A DNA stretch of 64,000 nt from Antedon mediterranea (lineage: Eukaryota; Animalia; Echinodermata), in NCBI RefSeq assembly GCF_964355755.1, contig NC_092672.1, forward strand, positions 23,139,237-23,203,236, read 5' to 3'. The notes under the pieces were generated by a model. That model ran no database searches, was not told where the DNA came from, and saw only the letters and a program-made list of their open reading frames with translations. Every line of letters starts with the position of its first letter. Position 1 is the first letter of the stretch. Positions 1-13,654 of the stretch are shown here, piece after piece. The position numbers and the translations under genes were made by a program.

Positions 1-900
1 TCAATGTGTAATTCAATCTAGAAATTGACATTGAAATCTAAATCATTCAGTTAAATAACTTATAAAGAGCAGACCTCCCAACTATGCTGATAATGGCGAA
101 AGCAATTTTGAATATACTGATATTTCTAATCTCTATTAAGAATCTAGATAAGAAGAAAAAGAAAATATGCTAAATATCCGCACAACGTTAGTAATAAATT
201 CATGTATTGTTTAATAATTAAAATATTTGTATTTTCCGCCATTAGGCATATTTACTATTATAAATACCTAAACCTTTACATTTTTAGTAGCGCCCTTTAT
301 GGTCTAATGTATTTTTCAAAATATTATGGCGCCCTGTATAGTTTGGACATGATTTCATAAAACCTCCCAATGTATCATTTGATTTGTTGAGAGGTGACAA
401 ACTTATAACAGCCGATTAATATAAATTGAATAACAATGTATTTTACTTAAAATTAAGACAATACACATTAAACAATGATTCGATAAAGATTGAAAAAAAT
501 TGAAATGAATTCCCTAATATTATTTTTGTTTTTGGCGTCTTTTCCGCACCCAACATTTCCAGAAAAAACGGTGAATTTTTGGACAAAAATCACTCAAGCG
601 TGACTTGTGTTTTGATTTCTAAATTTGATCACTAAAATGCTTTAAATGTTGCCATTTGGGTATGAAAACATAGGGTTTGCCACAAAAATTGTAATGAATG
701 GACTATTAGTTTAGGATATGTGAAAACATGGGTTTTATATTTTATTTGCATTAAAGTGATTGTGTTGGAAAGAGATTAACATCGTTACCATTTAAGATAG
801 TTAAAACAAATTATTTTATCACATGTGAATTATGGAATTATTTTTATGGAATTATTTTTAAGGATAAGATAAATACAGCATTACATTTTACATTTTTTTT
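1..900 (+). repeat. Segmental duplicate of 8557-9480 (intron preceding a type A ankyrin exon)
   Basis: Near-identical over about 900 bp by eye; a further partial copy of about 763-940 lies at about 2555-2720. Confidence 0.9.
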
Positions 901-990
901 TCTGTGCCTGCCATCACAGAAAACCAATTTCACATTTTTATCTGTAAATTAGCATTGTAAACTTGATTATTATGATTTATTTTACCACAG

Positions 991-1068
991 AATGGAAACA
1001 ATCCACTACATGAATACCTGATTAAAAACCCCAACCCTACTTCTGAAATAGTGAATTGTCTCATAAAG
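991..1068 (+). CDS. Ankyrin-repeat exon (type A) of the ROCO gene; possibly degenerate
   Basis: ccacag| acceptor then NGNNPLHEYLIKNPNPTSEIVNCLIK. The donor equivalent to the intact paralog (1094/1095) gives 104 nt (frameshift); an earlier AAG|GTACTG donor gives an in-frame 78-nt exon. Confidence 0.5.
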
Positions 1069-1370
1069 GTACTGTATTAACATTGCCAACTAAGGTAATA
1101 CAGACAATTGTAAGAAATAACTTACAGAAACTAATGTTTAAGTATTTGAATAAAGAAAATAATTAAAGCTTAAAACCATGTTCTTAAAGAGGGTAAGCTA
1201 GTGCTACAAGCATACCCTAGTATCAGTGAATTTATTATAATACAACTCTATTTTTATGCCTGCCATAACACAGTAGGGAATTAAATTGTCAGCAGGATAT
1301 CACAGAACATCAATTTAACATTCTTTATTTAATCAGTATTTTTAAACCTATGATTATGATTTCTTTCCAT

Positions 1371-1412
1371 GATGAAAACAAGGACAATGCAATATTGGCA
1401 TCGCAAAATAAG
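1371..1412 (+). pseudogene. Degenerate ankyrin pseudo-exon (type B), internally deleted
   Basis: Upstream intron and 3' end (caaaataag|gtaa) match the intact exon at 6332-6442, but the acceptor reads CAT instead of CAG and the middle is missing. Confidence 0.55.
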
Positions 1413-4400
1413 GTAAGGTACAGTTGCAGGATTCTTTAGAACAATTATTTCTTTACATGTGATTTCTATATATATGGAATTATTTTAAAAGTTTGTGTCA
1501 CAATACAGCATCACAGTTTACATTTTTCCTATATATGATACAGATACATAATATGATGCTGTAATATAATTGTTATCTATAATATTTAACAGATTGTAGA
1601 ATACAGAGAATCTTGCTGAATCCTTTTACAAGAAGAAACATTATGGTTTTCTCAGATTAGTAATAACAACGAATTATTAATTGTTCTGATGTAATTGTTC
1701 TAATTAATGTGTGACTGATATTCAGTTACTGGTATTTGAGTTCTAAATCTCTTTTTCTCACTCTTACTCAATATTCCTACATACATTCACTAATACATTT
1801 CCTAAGGTTCAACAACACCAAAGCACACCCTATAGTATTAGTGAATATAATGCTGGAATCTGTAATCATTATTTGTATACTTCATGTAAACGTTTGATTT
1901 CATTCTTCTATTTGTCAGACTTTTTTAGTATTTTGCATTCGTTATTATAACGTTTTTTCTGTGTCTTTATGTAACGTAATTCTTATAAACTGCAATGTTA
2001 AAAAACAATGTTTTAAAATCGTTTCGAAAATATGATCACAACTCTTCTGAAAATTTGTAATTATTTCGTTATATATAACGTTCTGTAAACGTTTTGATGC
2101 AACGTTGTTCGAATATATAATTTATTTCTACACAGAAACGTTTTAGAAAAAACAAACCTTAAAAAACCCAAATGCAAACGTTTCGATTACGTTTTACAAA
2201 CGTTCTGTGTTTGCTGAGATGTAGCTGGGGTCCCGTTAGGCATTTGAAATCAGCATTGCTGACTCTTATGGCAGCCATTGCATCTAGTATCTGCCTCAGA
2301 CGTATTGGCCTATGCCTTTCCTCTGTTCAAGGTGGGCACTGGACGTGAGAAGCCCTTGATCAATGTTAGAACCAATCAAGGTGCTTCAAACAGTCCTGGC
2401 TTTGTTTGTATCAAACCTGTTAGGGGCGGTAATTATCGCTGTTGGTTTCAATTGAATAAAATTAAATTAAATTTAAAAAAAATTAATAATAATCACAATA
2501 ACCAAACAAATAAAGCAAACCATCTTCCCAAAGATGACAATAACTAAACATTAGTGTTTGTGTTGGAAAGATGTTAAATATTTACTGTTTTAAGATAGTT
2601 AAACAAATTATTTTATCACATGGGAATTATGGAATTATTTTTAAGGATAAGATAAATACAGCATCACATTTTACCTTTTTTTTCTGTGCCTGCCATCACA
2701 GAAAACCAATTTCACATTTTTAATTTTTAATTATTTGGAAAGAAAATAAATCAAATAGTTTATTCATATCGATATTGCAAAATTATTTTACAACTCTTTA
2801 TAGAGTATTGAAAAACTCATTTTATGTGTTATTATTAACTTCTTTAAATTGTATTAATCTATTAATCAATTTTTCCTGTTCATTTTTAGATTTTATTTTG
2901 TATGTTTTATGCACACATTATGTTTGTGAACAAGCTCTATTACAAAAATGATTTTATTATTATTATTATATTATAACTTATATTATCAAGGTTCTATCTT
3001 ATATTTTTGAATGAATCCCAAAAGTTTGAGATCTGTCAGTCTTTATAGTGTAAAAGCTGGGGTTAAGACAGAGCTAAAATCCTCTGGATAGGAAATAGTG
3101 TAGAATAACCTCTTGAGATGGTGAAAAATGTTTGTAGAGTAAAGTTTTTAATGGTAATTTTATTTTATGACTCTCTTACTAAAAAGTTTTAGATTACATC
3201 GTTCCTCTTGAGTTTGAATGAAGTATAAATGAAGCATGGCTTCCTGAGTTCAATTTGATTCTTTCAAAGTTAAAATAATATAGGCCTATATACCGGTACT
3301 AAAAGGAAAATAATATGTGTTACTAAGTCACGTATCCATGGTGATTGTGATGATAGTCCCAGACTTTTAATATCCCTGAATTCAAAGGATGACATTTTAT
3401 AGCATACATATTTGTTATTATATGGCTGCATAATTCAGTTTTTTAGATTCTGTGATTTTCTCATATTTTTCATATTTAATTTTATTTTAATAAATATACT
3501 GATTTTGATTTTAAATGCATTATGGCTACTCATACATGCTGATTGCATTCTTAACCCTATTTCACATTGACTATTCTTTTTATTGTACAAGTTACTAAAT
3601 GTTTTAGTTTACTTAATTCACTTCCCACAACCTTAATCAATATCGAAATCACCTTAAGAAATTTCAATATAAATTTACCTCCTGGTTCATCTTGTTTTTC
3701 ATCACTGTTTTATGTATGTTTACGTTTTTTCCCCTTGTACTCTATACGCACAAACATACTTTGTCTATTATATTATTCTTAATGTATATATAGTATAAGC
3801 CCATGGAGTAATTTATAATTCTTCCGTAAGCTTCCTAATTACATGTAAATGTATAAAAGCGTCACATTTTGTATCTTATTAGTTTTGTGTATTTCAGTTA
3901 TAAACGGCTACTACTGTAGGAAACATTTTTTTGTACTGTACGGTAATTATTAATTTAAATAATACTGTTTATTATTTGCATATCTACGGACGTACCATAA
4001 TTTTCAAAATTCTTTTCAATTCAATATGTTCTAGCAATACTTTTGAATTCATAAATAAAGTGTACTTGCTTTTTTAACTTCAGATTATGGACGATATACC
4101 TAAAGTGTATTTAAAATATACAGTAGTGTAAAATATTCTGTATTTATTTTTGTTACAATGAAAGTTACTGATCGTAAACATTCATGCATAGCCTACTTTA
4201 AAACATAGAAAATGAGACTTAAATTGCAATTCTTGCATTTTTAAGTTTAACTACGTCTCGGTGAAGTTAAAATCTGTTCGTCAGTAGGGCTCACACAAAG
4301 ACGGGTGCTGATGCTAGTAATTTATATGATCAGATCATTTGATATCTGTTGCTGGATTCATACGCTTTAAAGTACATTTTGATTGGAATGTGATCACATC

Positions 4401-4520
4401 ATTTCCCTATTATCATTTGATTTATAATTTTAGTTGTTAATTTTATTGTTGTCGTCCTTGTGGTTTATGTTTGTGAAACTAAACAAGATGAACGGATTAA
4501 AGAATAAAACATCTTACAAT

Positions 4521-5424
4521 GGGCCTGTTTCTGCTGAGCAGAAATAATCGATTATTAACCGTTTATTTTTTTAATCGATTATTTTTGGGCAGCAGAAACG
4601 GCGCAAAATAAAATAACCGATTAAAAATAACCGATTAAAAACACTCAATCCATTGCGTGTTTTAATCGATTATTTCTTGTTTTAACCGATTATTGCGGAG
4701 CAGTTTTGAGCTGCAACACAAATAGCGATTATTGACCTCACTTTGACCTCTAGAGTATGACAAACTTCACTTCACACAAAGCATGCTGTTTATTTGCGCG
4801 ATATCGACGACGATCAGCAAAACCACGATCGCGATGTAGACCGAATAACAATCAAATGTTAAACATTTGATTTTTATTATTTTGTGGGGGAGAATTATAC
4901 CGAGAGACTCCAGGATTCTGTGTTACAAGTACACCCGTTACATACCACCAGTCCAGGCTAACGATGTTTTACATGTCATTTTTTAGGCCTGTTGTCTGTT
5001 GACTTGTTTCGGTAGAAATATATAGCCTATATAGGCCTAGCAGGCCGAAGGTAGAACCAACGAACGGCGAAACAAACTTTTTTCGCCGACGTGTCCTTAT
5101 TAATATAACATCATTATTCTGTTGTATGTGGTACGGTAGTAGGCCTAGATGTTTATTTTACAAATAATATAGCTTTAGGTAAGAGTAATTTTTAATCCTA
5201 CATGTGAGAGTTTTAGGCAGCGATAGGATGTAAACAAACCAACTCTCATCGGCCTTTCATAACTTGAACTGCGCTGTGGGGGAATGATGACTTGATTTTA
5301 AAAACCGATTACCTGAATAACCGATTAAAGTCGTAGCAATTTTCAATTGCAACGCGATTATTTTTGTGGTTTGCGGTGACTGGAAAAAATCGATTATTTT
5401 GATTTTTTCAGCAGAAACGGACCC
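4521..5424. mobile_element. Non-autonomous TIR element (PIF/Harbinger-like MITE)
   Basis: TIRs gggcctgtttctgctga / tcagcagaaacggaccc, flanked by AAT on both sides (3-bp TSD); repeated subterminal aatcgatta/aaccgatta motifs. Confidence 0.75.
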
Positions 5425-6331
5425 AATGTTTCTATGTTGTGCAGTCAAGATAAGCTCTTTTCAGTTCAATATTATAGAAACTATTTTTATCAAGAAAGAG
5501 ACCATGCCCGGCTTTAAATAGAGATGCGGTTGTGTCGGGGAAAGAGAAAGTGAACTTTCCAACATTGATGAAGCTCATCTGAAAACACTGTTTTCATCAA
5601 GATCAAATATGCATAAGTTAGAACTCAGAATTAGAATGCTCAGGATATTAAAGAGTATCACTGAAATATTTATTAATATATACAAATGTTGTTGAATTGT
5701 GTTATCTTAATGTCTACTACCAACCTTCATTCAAAATCAATTATTTTTTTAGGTAGATCAAGATCAAATAGTTCTGACTTGTTATGCCAGTATGGGCTTG
5801 CCAGTGATAATGACAAAATATTTATTATTTTGGTCTACTATTACATTAACACTTTTTATCAATTAATGATATAACATATCACTGCAACCTCCAATATTGT
5901 ATTTCAAAAAATCAACAAAAATATATATATATATATTGTTTTTTTATATTTGAACTGAGAAAGGCATATATTCCTGATCTAAAATTTTTTTCACTTTGGG
6001 ATATTTTTGTAAATTACAACTTTCATAAAAAAATATCATTAAAAAAAAGACAACATTGTATGTCTGAACATAGTATAAATATGCACATGGTATAAATATA
6101 TAATTTGTAAAATGCATCAGAGGTCGTACATTTACAAAATAAAAAAAAAAAAGGAATTTACATATTTATTTTTATACAGAGGTAAGTGAGTGGCACTAGC
6201 CTTAGTCAATGTAACTCTTTTTTTTCTGCTATAAATGAGTTAGGAATAAAATTGTCATGTTACAGAATACCAATGTAACATTTTTTCTTTAATCAGTATT
6301 TTAAAACCTGATGATTATGACCTCTTTGCAG

Positions 6332-6442
6332 GCTGGAAACACTCCACTACATGCACATCTGGCTCGTAGATATAACGATCCTACATTAGAAATGGTGACC
6401 TGTCTCATAAATAAAGGGGCATCAGTGACATCACAAAATAAG
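6332..6442 (+). CDS. Intact ankyrin-repeat exon of the ROCO gene
   Basis: ttgcag|...aag|gtaata, 111 nt, phase 0-0: AGNTPLHAHLARRYNDPTLEMVTCLINKGASVTSQNK (GxTPLH...LIxxGAxV ankyrin consensus). Confidence 0.85.
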
Positions 6443-6563
6443 GTAATATACAGACAATTTCAGTAATACTGTATGGCAACAATCTTTCACCTACTCTAGT
6501 AAATTATTCTATTCTTCTTTTTAATTTTTTTATATCTGGTTCGTCATATAATTAATAATAATA

Positions 6564-8094
6564 ATTAGTTATCCGCTTGGTAGAGCGGATAACTCCTTGT
6601 TATTGTATTGGATCAATATTATTTTTCTGTATTATTCTTCTTTCCGTCCTTCCTTTTTGTGAGTCGCGTTTCTCTAAAATGTGTAAACATAACATTTCAT
6701 AACTTTGACAACATATGGGCATTTACATGAAGTTGTGCACCAGCTCTTATTTTTGAATGACGTCATAGTTGCGCAACGTGACTTACGCGCAATTTTATGA
6801 ATTTCAATGATTTATCATAGATTAAAAACCAGAAGTTATTTAGTATTAACACTTTGACAAAATTTAAGTCATATCAGGGGCAAACTTTCTACGGATTAAA
6901 AATGGCATGTTTCACAAGAAGGTACGCGCGCACGCGCATTTAATATTTCGAAATGCGCAAAATTAATTTCTAATCAACTTTTTACGCGTTTCTTGTCATT
7001 TTGAGCATGTCAAAAATTCCCACGGGCACGCAATTGTTTATGCGCGTGGTGACATTAGACAATTCGTGCGCGTTTTTTATGAAAAAGCTTAAAAAATCGT
7101 CAAAATAATGTATTTTTTTAAACAGTCATAGTTTCTAAAGTAAACTTTCGTTATTGCTCATCACATTCAATGGATCGCATCACGCTTATCTGTATTCCTA
7201 TTTCTCCTACATTTATATATTGTCTAGGTCAATCAACTTTCTTTAGCATTAAATAAAAATATTTTAATTTTTATAACGTCATCATGCCTAAAAATTTTAA
7301 TTACGTGGGTCATTAATTTCATCTTTACTGTAAATTTTAATCTGTAAAAGCTCGTAAGAATAAAATGTGATAATCACGATTAAAACGTTTTCTGGAAGTT
7401 ATTGGATTATAGATACGAAATCATGTGAACTTTTTGCCAATCGGATGTTGTGACGTCATCATATGACAAGTTTAATTGAAAAGGTCAAATTTTCATCATC
7501 TGCGTCAAAGTTCATCACATTTAAATGTGCGTGCACTACGTATTCAAATTTCTTCTACACGTTAATATGTTGTTGCTGAGATAATTTTCTTCGGAAATTG
7601 CTATCTTTGTGGTTTTTTTTTATGACGTCATCATTTTAAATATTTGAATTAAAGGCAGGTCCCATTCAAGTTTAATTGAAAAGGTCAAATTTTCATCGTC
7701 TGCGTCAAAGTTCATCACATTTAAATGTGCGTGCACTACGTATTTAAATTTCTTCTACACGTTAATATGTTGTTGCTGAGATAATTTTCTTCGGAAATTG
7801 CTATCTTTGTGGTTTTTTTTTATGACGTCATCATTTTAAATATTTGAATTAAAGGCAGGTCCCATAATTCAGTTAATATGAGTAGTACTATGTACACCAG
7901 CATAGGCTCTGATGTGAGCAAATTGTTGTTTGCTGCCCTCTGTATCATGTAGAATTAATGTCTCCTTGTATACACAGTATACTGTATAATTATAATACAA
8001 GGCGAAAATACAGGACCACCTTAACATATGACGTGCACGTGGCGCCTGTCGTGCGGATAACTAACTCGTCAGAGTGACGAGTTTCATGTCTAGT
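6564..8094 (+). mobile_element. Helentron-associated (HINE/DINE-like) non-autonomous element
   Basis: 5' hairpin agttatccgct-tggtag-agcggataact (6567-6594); 3' subterminal gcggataact, stem-loop aactcgtca-gag-tgacgagtt and CTAGT end; internal tandem duplication of about 200 bp (7467-7865). Same terminus appears inverted at 62249. Confidence 0.7.
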
Positions 8095-8556
8095 TATTTT
8101 TATTATTAAATTGTGTGATTTTTGGTAGACCTATTTAAAAACCATTCCTTCAAAGATGACAATATCTACTATAACAGCGATTTTAAACTGATAGAAAGAT
8201 TGTGGGTTGTATAATTTATGCTGAGATTGGACCTATCGGATATTTTGCATCATGAAGTAATGGTAGTGGGTAGAGATTATGTGCCCGTGCACACCCACCC
8301 ATGCTTCATATAAGTTATTTAATATGGGCGTTTAATCCTATAACCTATGCTTTATTTTTATACTCTGTACCCATCTCTATTTCAATATTGATCTACACAT
8401 GCGCACAGCTCGAATCTCAATTGAATGAAAGAAAGAATATTTTTCATAATTTGTTATCCAATGAACCATATCATATTCTAACTTTGCTCAATTTTGTCCA
8501 AATTCAATCTGTTTCATAAGTAAATGTTATTTTTGTAACAGATGTCAGGATTATTC

Positions 8557-9480
8557 TCAATTTGTAATTCAATCTAGAAATTGACATTGAAATCTGAATC
8601 ATTCAGTTAAATAACTTATAAAGAGCAGACCTCCCAACTATGCTGATAATGGCGAAAGCAATTTTGAAATACAGAAAAATATCTTGATATTTCTAATCTC
8701 TATTAAGACTCTAGATAAAAAGAAAAAAAAATATGCTAAATATCCGCACATCGTTTGTAATAAATTCATGTATTGTTTAATAATTGAAATATTGTATTTT
8801 CCGCCATTTGGCATACCCATATTTACTATTATAAATACCAAAACCTTTACATTTTTAGTAGCGCCCTTTATGGTCTAATGTATTTTTCCAAATTCTATAG
8901 CGCCCTGTATAGTTTGGACATGATTTCATAAAACCTCCCAATGTATCATTTGATTTGTTGAGAGGTGACAGACAGTCATTTAAACTTATAACAGCCGATT
9001 AATATAAACTGAATAACAATGTATTTTACTTAAAATTAAGACAATACACATTAAACAATGATTCGATAAAGATTGAAATGTTGAATCATGAATTCCCTAA
9101 TATTATTGTTGTTGTTGGCGTCTTTGCCGCACCCAACATTTCCAGAAAAAAGGGTGAATTTTTGGACCAAAATCAATCAAGCGTGACTTGTGTTTTTCAC
9201 ATGGTAATACATGAAATTTGATCACTAAAATGCTTTAAATGTTGCCATTACCATTGGGTAACATAGGGTTTGCCACAAAAATTGTAATGAATGGACTATT
9301 AGGTTAGGATATGTGAAAACATGGGTTTTATATTTTATTTGCATTAAAGTGATTGTGTTGGAAAGAGATTAACATCGTTACCATTTTAAGATAGTTAAAA
9401 CAAATTATTTTATCACATGTGAATTATGGAATAATTTTTAAGGATAAAATAAATACAGCATCACACTTCACATTCTTCTT
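8557..9480 (+). repeat. Segmental duplicate of 1-900
   Basis: Begins tcaatttgtaattcaatctagaaattgac, colinear with position 1 onward, and is likewise followed by a type A ankyrin-like exon. Confidence 0.9.
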
Positions 9481-9522
9481 TCACAAAAAAATATTTAAAC
9501 TTCATGATGACTTTTTTTCCAC

Positions 9523-9620
9523 AATGGAACCCCTCCACTACATGAATGCCTGATTCAAAGCCCCAAGCCCACTTCAGAAATTGTAAAATTTCTGATTAAA
9601 AAGATAGTGAATTACTGACA
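9523..9620 (+). pseudogene. Degenerate ankyrin pseudo-exon (type A)
   Basis: NGTPPLHECLIQSPKPTSEIVKFLIKK, paralogous to the 991 exon; acceptor AG is lost (ccacaatgg vs ccacagaatgg) and an in-frame stop follows. Confidence 0.6.
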
Positions 9621-9799
9621 TAGACCCTGTGCAGGCAAGCTTAGTGGGCATGTTTGAGAAATTTCTGCATTAGAAAGTCTAAGTCTTTAGGTAGCAAATT
9701 AAAGAGGATCAACTAAAAACACAGAACCAAAACCTTAAAGGGGCTTACAAACATACTTGTTTATACAACCGTTAGTAAATTTGTGCAAATGCATCTCTT

Positions 9800-10504
9800 T
9801 ACTTAGCTATCAGTCCACTTCTTGTAAGTGACCAATTTTCTAAAACGACATTTTATTCAAGCAACCATTTCTTTTAGGGGAGCTCTTTCATAGATGACTA
9901 CCTCTTGTAAGTGATCACCTCCTCTCATAAAGGACTACTTCTCATATCAAACTCCTCTTGTAAGCGACCACCTCTCTTAAGGATCACACCTCTCTTCTTA
10001 AGTGTCCACCTCTTTTAAGGGACCACAACCTCTCTCTTAAGGGACCACTTTGACTACCACAAACCCACTTCCCATTATGGGTGTAGTGTGAGAATATACT
10101 AGTCGAATACCGTACACCATGTGGCCGCAAAGAGGGCTTGCGCTGGGGGTACGGCGATCGTGCGTATAACTACTGTATAAATAAATACTATTCCAATCGT
10201 ACGTAAACGTTTACAAATGAAATTTTATCGCCATAATGAACAAATCTTTTCATCATATTTAGTACAGTATAACATCATGCTAAAATGCCTTAAAAACTAG
10301 GCAGAAGCAGGTTGCCGTTACGTTAGTTAGTTACTGTAGCTAGGCCTAGCCTACTCAGGCCTAGCAAACGAGGTGACGATAGCCTAGGCCTATATGTACA
10401 ATCTGTGTGGTGAGGCATTTATGTTTGGTGTATAAGACGCACCCTTAATTTAGAGGTCAAATTTGCGTGTCAAAAGTGCGACTTATACACCGAAATATAC
10501 GGTA
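9800..10504. mobile_element. Tc1/pogo(Tigger)-like MITE remnants
   Basis: Repeated taag(t/g)gaccacctct motifs at 9820-10050 and a pogo-like end tataagacgcacc...gcgacttatacaccgaaatatacggta at about 10430-10504. Confidence 0.4.
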
Positions 10505-10745
10505 GTATGTGGCGAAAATTTAACACACGATAGAAAATTGCTGCTCTTTATTGCTTCTACATATCAAATAGAAAAGTTGCTTTATCTGCCAGCAGTTTTT
10601 CTTATTATTAGTATAGTATTACTATTTACGTTTGGATTTATAGATCTTGCCTACTACAGTACAGAGGTAGTGTTTTGGATCTGGGTGTCTATCAATTAAT
10701 ATGTCTTTGTAAATAGCTTGTTTAAGTAAATATTTTTGTTTTTAG

Positions 10746-10830
10746 GAAGGAAAGACGCCCGAATCTGTTGTAGAAACAAATATGGACATAACGAAAAAAA
10801 AAAAAACTGTGATTTTAAACTATTTTGACA
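10746..10830 (+). CDS. ROCO gene exon: ankyrin cap/linker
   Basis: tttag|...gaca|gtaagt, 85 nt, phase 0-1: EGKTPESVVETNMDITKKKKTVILNYFD; joins the ankyrin exon to the Roc exon in frame. Confidence 0.7.
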
Positions 10831-12810
10831 GTAAGTAAAGTTTATAAATATACTTTAATCTAAGATAGGCAAACACAGTGCAAAAGATTTAAACTGTAAC
10901 CTATCCTACCTATCTCAAATGTTTCACAAAAAGTAGGTTCAAATGGTCACTACAGTACTTCCAGATTTGATTCACTATAGTTACTTCTAGGTGCCACTTT
11001 CTCTGTTGTAGTTTTTTATGATGTTTATGACAACATTCCAAATAGAGTGTGGTACAGGTGGTCATTTGAAATTATCAATGCTACTATTATACATTTTACA
11101 AAATTGTACTACAGAAACAAACTGTAAGGTGAATATTTTTTTTTTATAAGCTGTCAGGCCTTTTTTTCTGGTTCTTTCCAAATTAATGGAACTACATTCT
11201 CTGGATGCAGCCCAATCAGTAGCATATTAATTGATATGTATGTACATGGTTGCCACTATTTTATCATATTAATTGACATTGACATAGTTGGTTTAATATA
11301 TTGTATTAATATTGTTGTATTGATGGTACTCGGACTTAATTTATTATTCTTAAGGTATCATTTCCCAAGGTTCAAGTTTACCTAAGGTATTATTTTATTA
11401 AAGTTGACGAGAACTATTGTACATTATATGAGATAACATTATATTACTGTTTAATAACTAAATAATGACTAGCAGTAAACCTGTGCTCCGTACGGTCTTT
11501 TTCTGTATGTGGTTGTATACTAATTCGCATGGGAGGAGAAAGTATAATAAAAACGCAGTCTTCGCTGATAAAAGTACTCTGACAAATTTTTATTTTTTTA
11601 ATTGTCAAGAATAAAAATTCAGAACTATTTACGGCCATTGATTTTGTTATACACAAAATATTCCTTTACTTTGAAATATATGTAAGCTAAAAAATGAAAG
11701 TACAGTAATACTAGATATGGGACTTTACGAAAATAAAAGATGCTAAAGAAATTGTACTGTGTTAATCTAGGGTGCGCATCAGAAAGTGACAACATGCATT
11801 TGAGGGACATCACGTTGAACTGTCAATCAGTCAGCAGTTTAAAACATTTCAATGATAAAATATGAATTGGTAATTTATAGAATTAAGATGTGAAGTATTG
11901 TAATAAACTACAGCTGCTTACGGACTTGAAATCACCTATAAAGTGCAGATGGTGGTGGTAGTTAAATGATGCGCGAACACTAACAAAAGTATAAAATACC
12001 AAACTATATTCTGGGTGTATTTTTCGTTGTGTATTATTTGATATTTTGTTTGTTAATTATGCTCAGAATTAGTGTTCACATTTACAAATAAAAAAATGGG
12101 ACATAAATCGAATGAAAAACACGCCCTAAATCCAAAATATTTGGATTCGTTTGTGTGTGTTTATTTTTATTCATTTACATTTTTTTTTATTTCAATGGTT
12201 TTTGATATTTTCCAATTTATTTGTGTGAGGTTTGATATCTTTTTTTCTAATTTTTTATTTTTTGCTTTAAGCGGTGATTATTTATACATATCGTGGATTC
12301 GATCTTCAACGTACTAAGCATTGATATCATTGCCACAGCGTTTTACTGGGAAAAACCGTGGTTTACGAAAATCATTCTGTTCAAAGGATAGATATAATTA
12401 ATTAAAGCGACGCGATCATTCGATACGGTTGTTTGGCTTCCGAGACTAAACACTGTTTTAATTTGGCGGCCCGGCATGGTATTTGTAGATCCGGCCATGT
12501 TGGTACACCACAGAGGAAGTTGTGTAGTTATACAGTGACATAACATGGTCGCTGAGACGTCAAATTACTGTTATTTTTTGCCTTTTTTAAGTGTTTATCC
12601 TTAAAATTTAAGAAAGTGACATAGCCTATCATGTGCGGTCCCTCAATAAACATCAGTGTGCCAAATGTGAGCATGTAACGTTCAGTGGTTTCAGAGGAGA
12701 TACGTAAAATTGCGCTGACAATTTAGTAGCATTAATATACAGATAATATGAAGCATTTTTAAGGCTTACAGAGGCACAATGAGATAACAATTTATTTTTT
12801 GTCATAATAG

Positions 12811-12976
12811 AACTGTTAGTTCCTGCAGAGATACGTGCCAGGGGTAAACATGCTATTAAAATATATAAAGAAGAAATTAAAACTGGTAGCATGTCTGTTG
12901 TGAATTCAAGATGTATGTTTCTTGGAAAAGAAGGTGCTGGCAAGACTAGCTGTGTAAAGGCTATGGTTGGAGAAAG
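12811..12976 (+). CDS. ROCO gene exon: Roc GTPase P-loop (G1)
   Basis: LLVPAEIRARGKHAIKIYKEEIKTGSMSVVNSRCMFLGKEGAGKTSCVKAMVGER; canonical AG/GT. Confidence 0.92.
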
Positions 12977-13424
12977 GTAACAAGTAAAATGGTATATTGT
13001 TTATATTACGGTATCTTGCTGTGTATTAACCATCAACCATTTTAGTGATCATTTTAAGATTTTAGGCATTCATAGTTTAAGCCTCTTAATCAGAATGCTA
13101 AGAAATGCTTTGTGAATGGTAAGTGAAGGCATTCAGCTTTGGTAAGGGAATGTTTAATTTGAATTACTATACACTAAGGGTAACATTGCAGTATTTTAAA
13201 TTATGATTCTTATTAAATAATAAAAACATTAATTTTATTCACTTTAATTTACTTTTAATTAACTTTCTAATGTTCTCTTTATTTAAAATTTATCAGTTGT
13301 TTTATAATTTGAATGTATATTTAAATGCAGTCTCCTTTTATGATTTAGTAATTGTATATACATACTTTGTATGTGTCTAAAACGTACAATAAATGTTTAA
13401 CTTTACTATACAATGTTATAATAG

Positions 13425-13525
13425 ATTCAATTCTGCAGAACAATCCACAGATGGAATCGTAACAACCACAGTGTTTCAAGCGAAAAATGATTTTAAACAA
13501 TGGAAAAAGATAAAAGGTGTACATG
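13425..13525 (+). CDS. ROCO gene exon: Roc switch I (G2)
   Basis: FNSAEQSTDGIVTTTVFQAKNDFKQWKKIKGVH; STxGI motif; phases 2-1 fit the neighbouring exons. Confidence 0.9.
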
Positions 13526-13654
13526 GTGAGAAAAGCCACTGGAGATACTCAGAATGTTAAATTTTACATATTCATCAGTTTAATAATAACAATGTTAACA
13601 TTAACCTTATTTTTGGTAAAATAATACTAATATTGTAAATAAAAACATTCTTTA

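Noticed and set aside
1886-2218. Cluster of aacgtt motifs as a regulatory array
   Set aside because: It ends in tgtgtttgctgag, like one end of a non-autonomous DNA element; no matching second end was found, so it was left unclassified.
12590-12695. About 110-bp match to 29410-29520, suggesting a large flanking repeat around the Roc-COR-DED block
   Set aside because: Short, diverged and without TSD or terminal features; most likely a dispersed repeat fragment.
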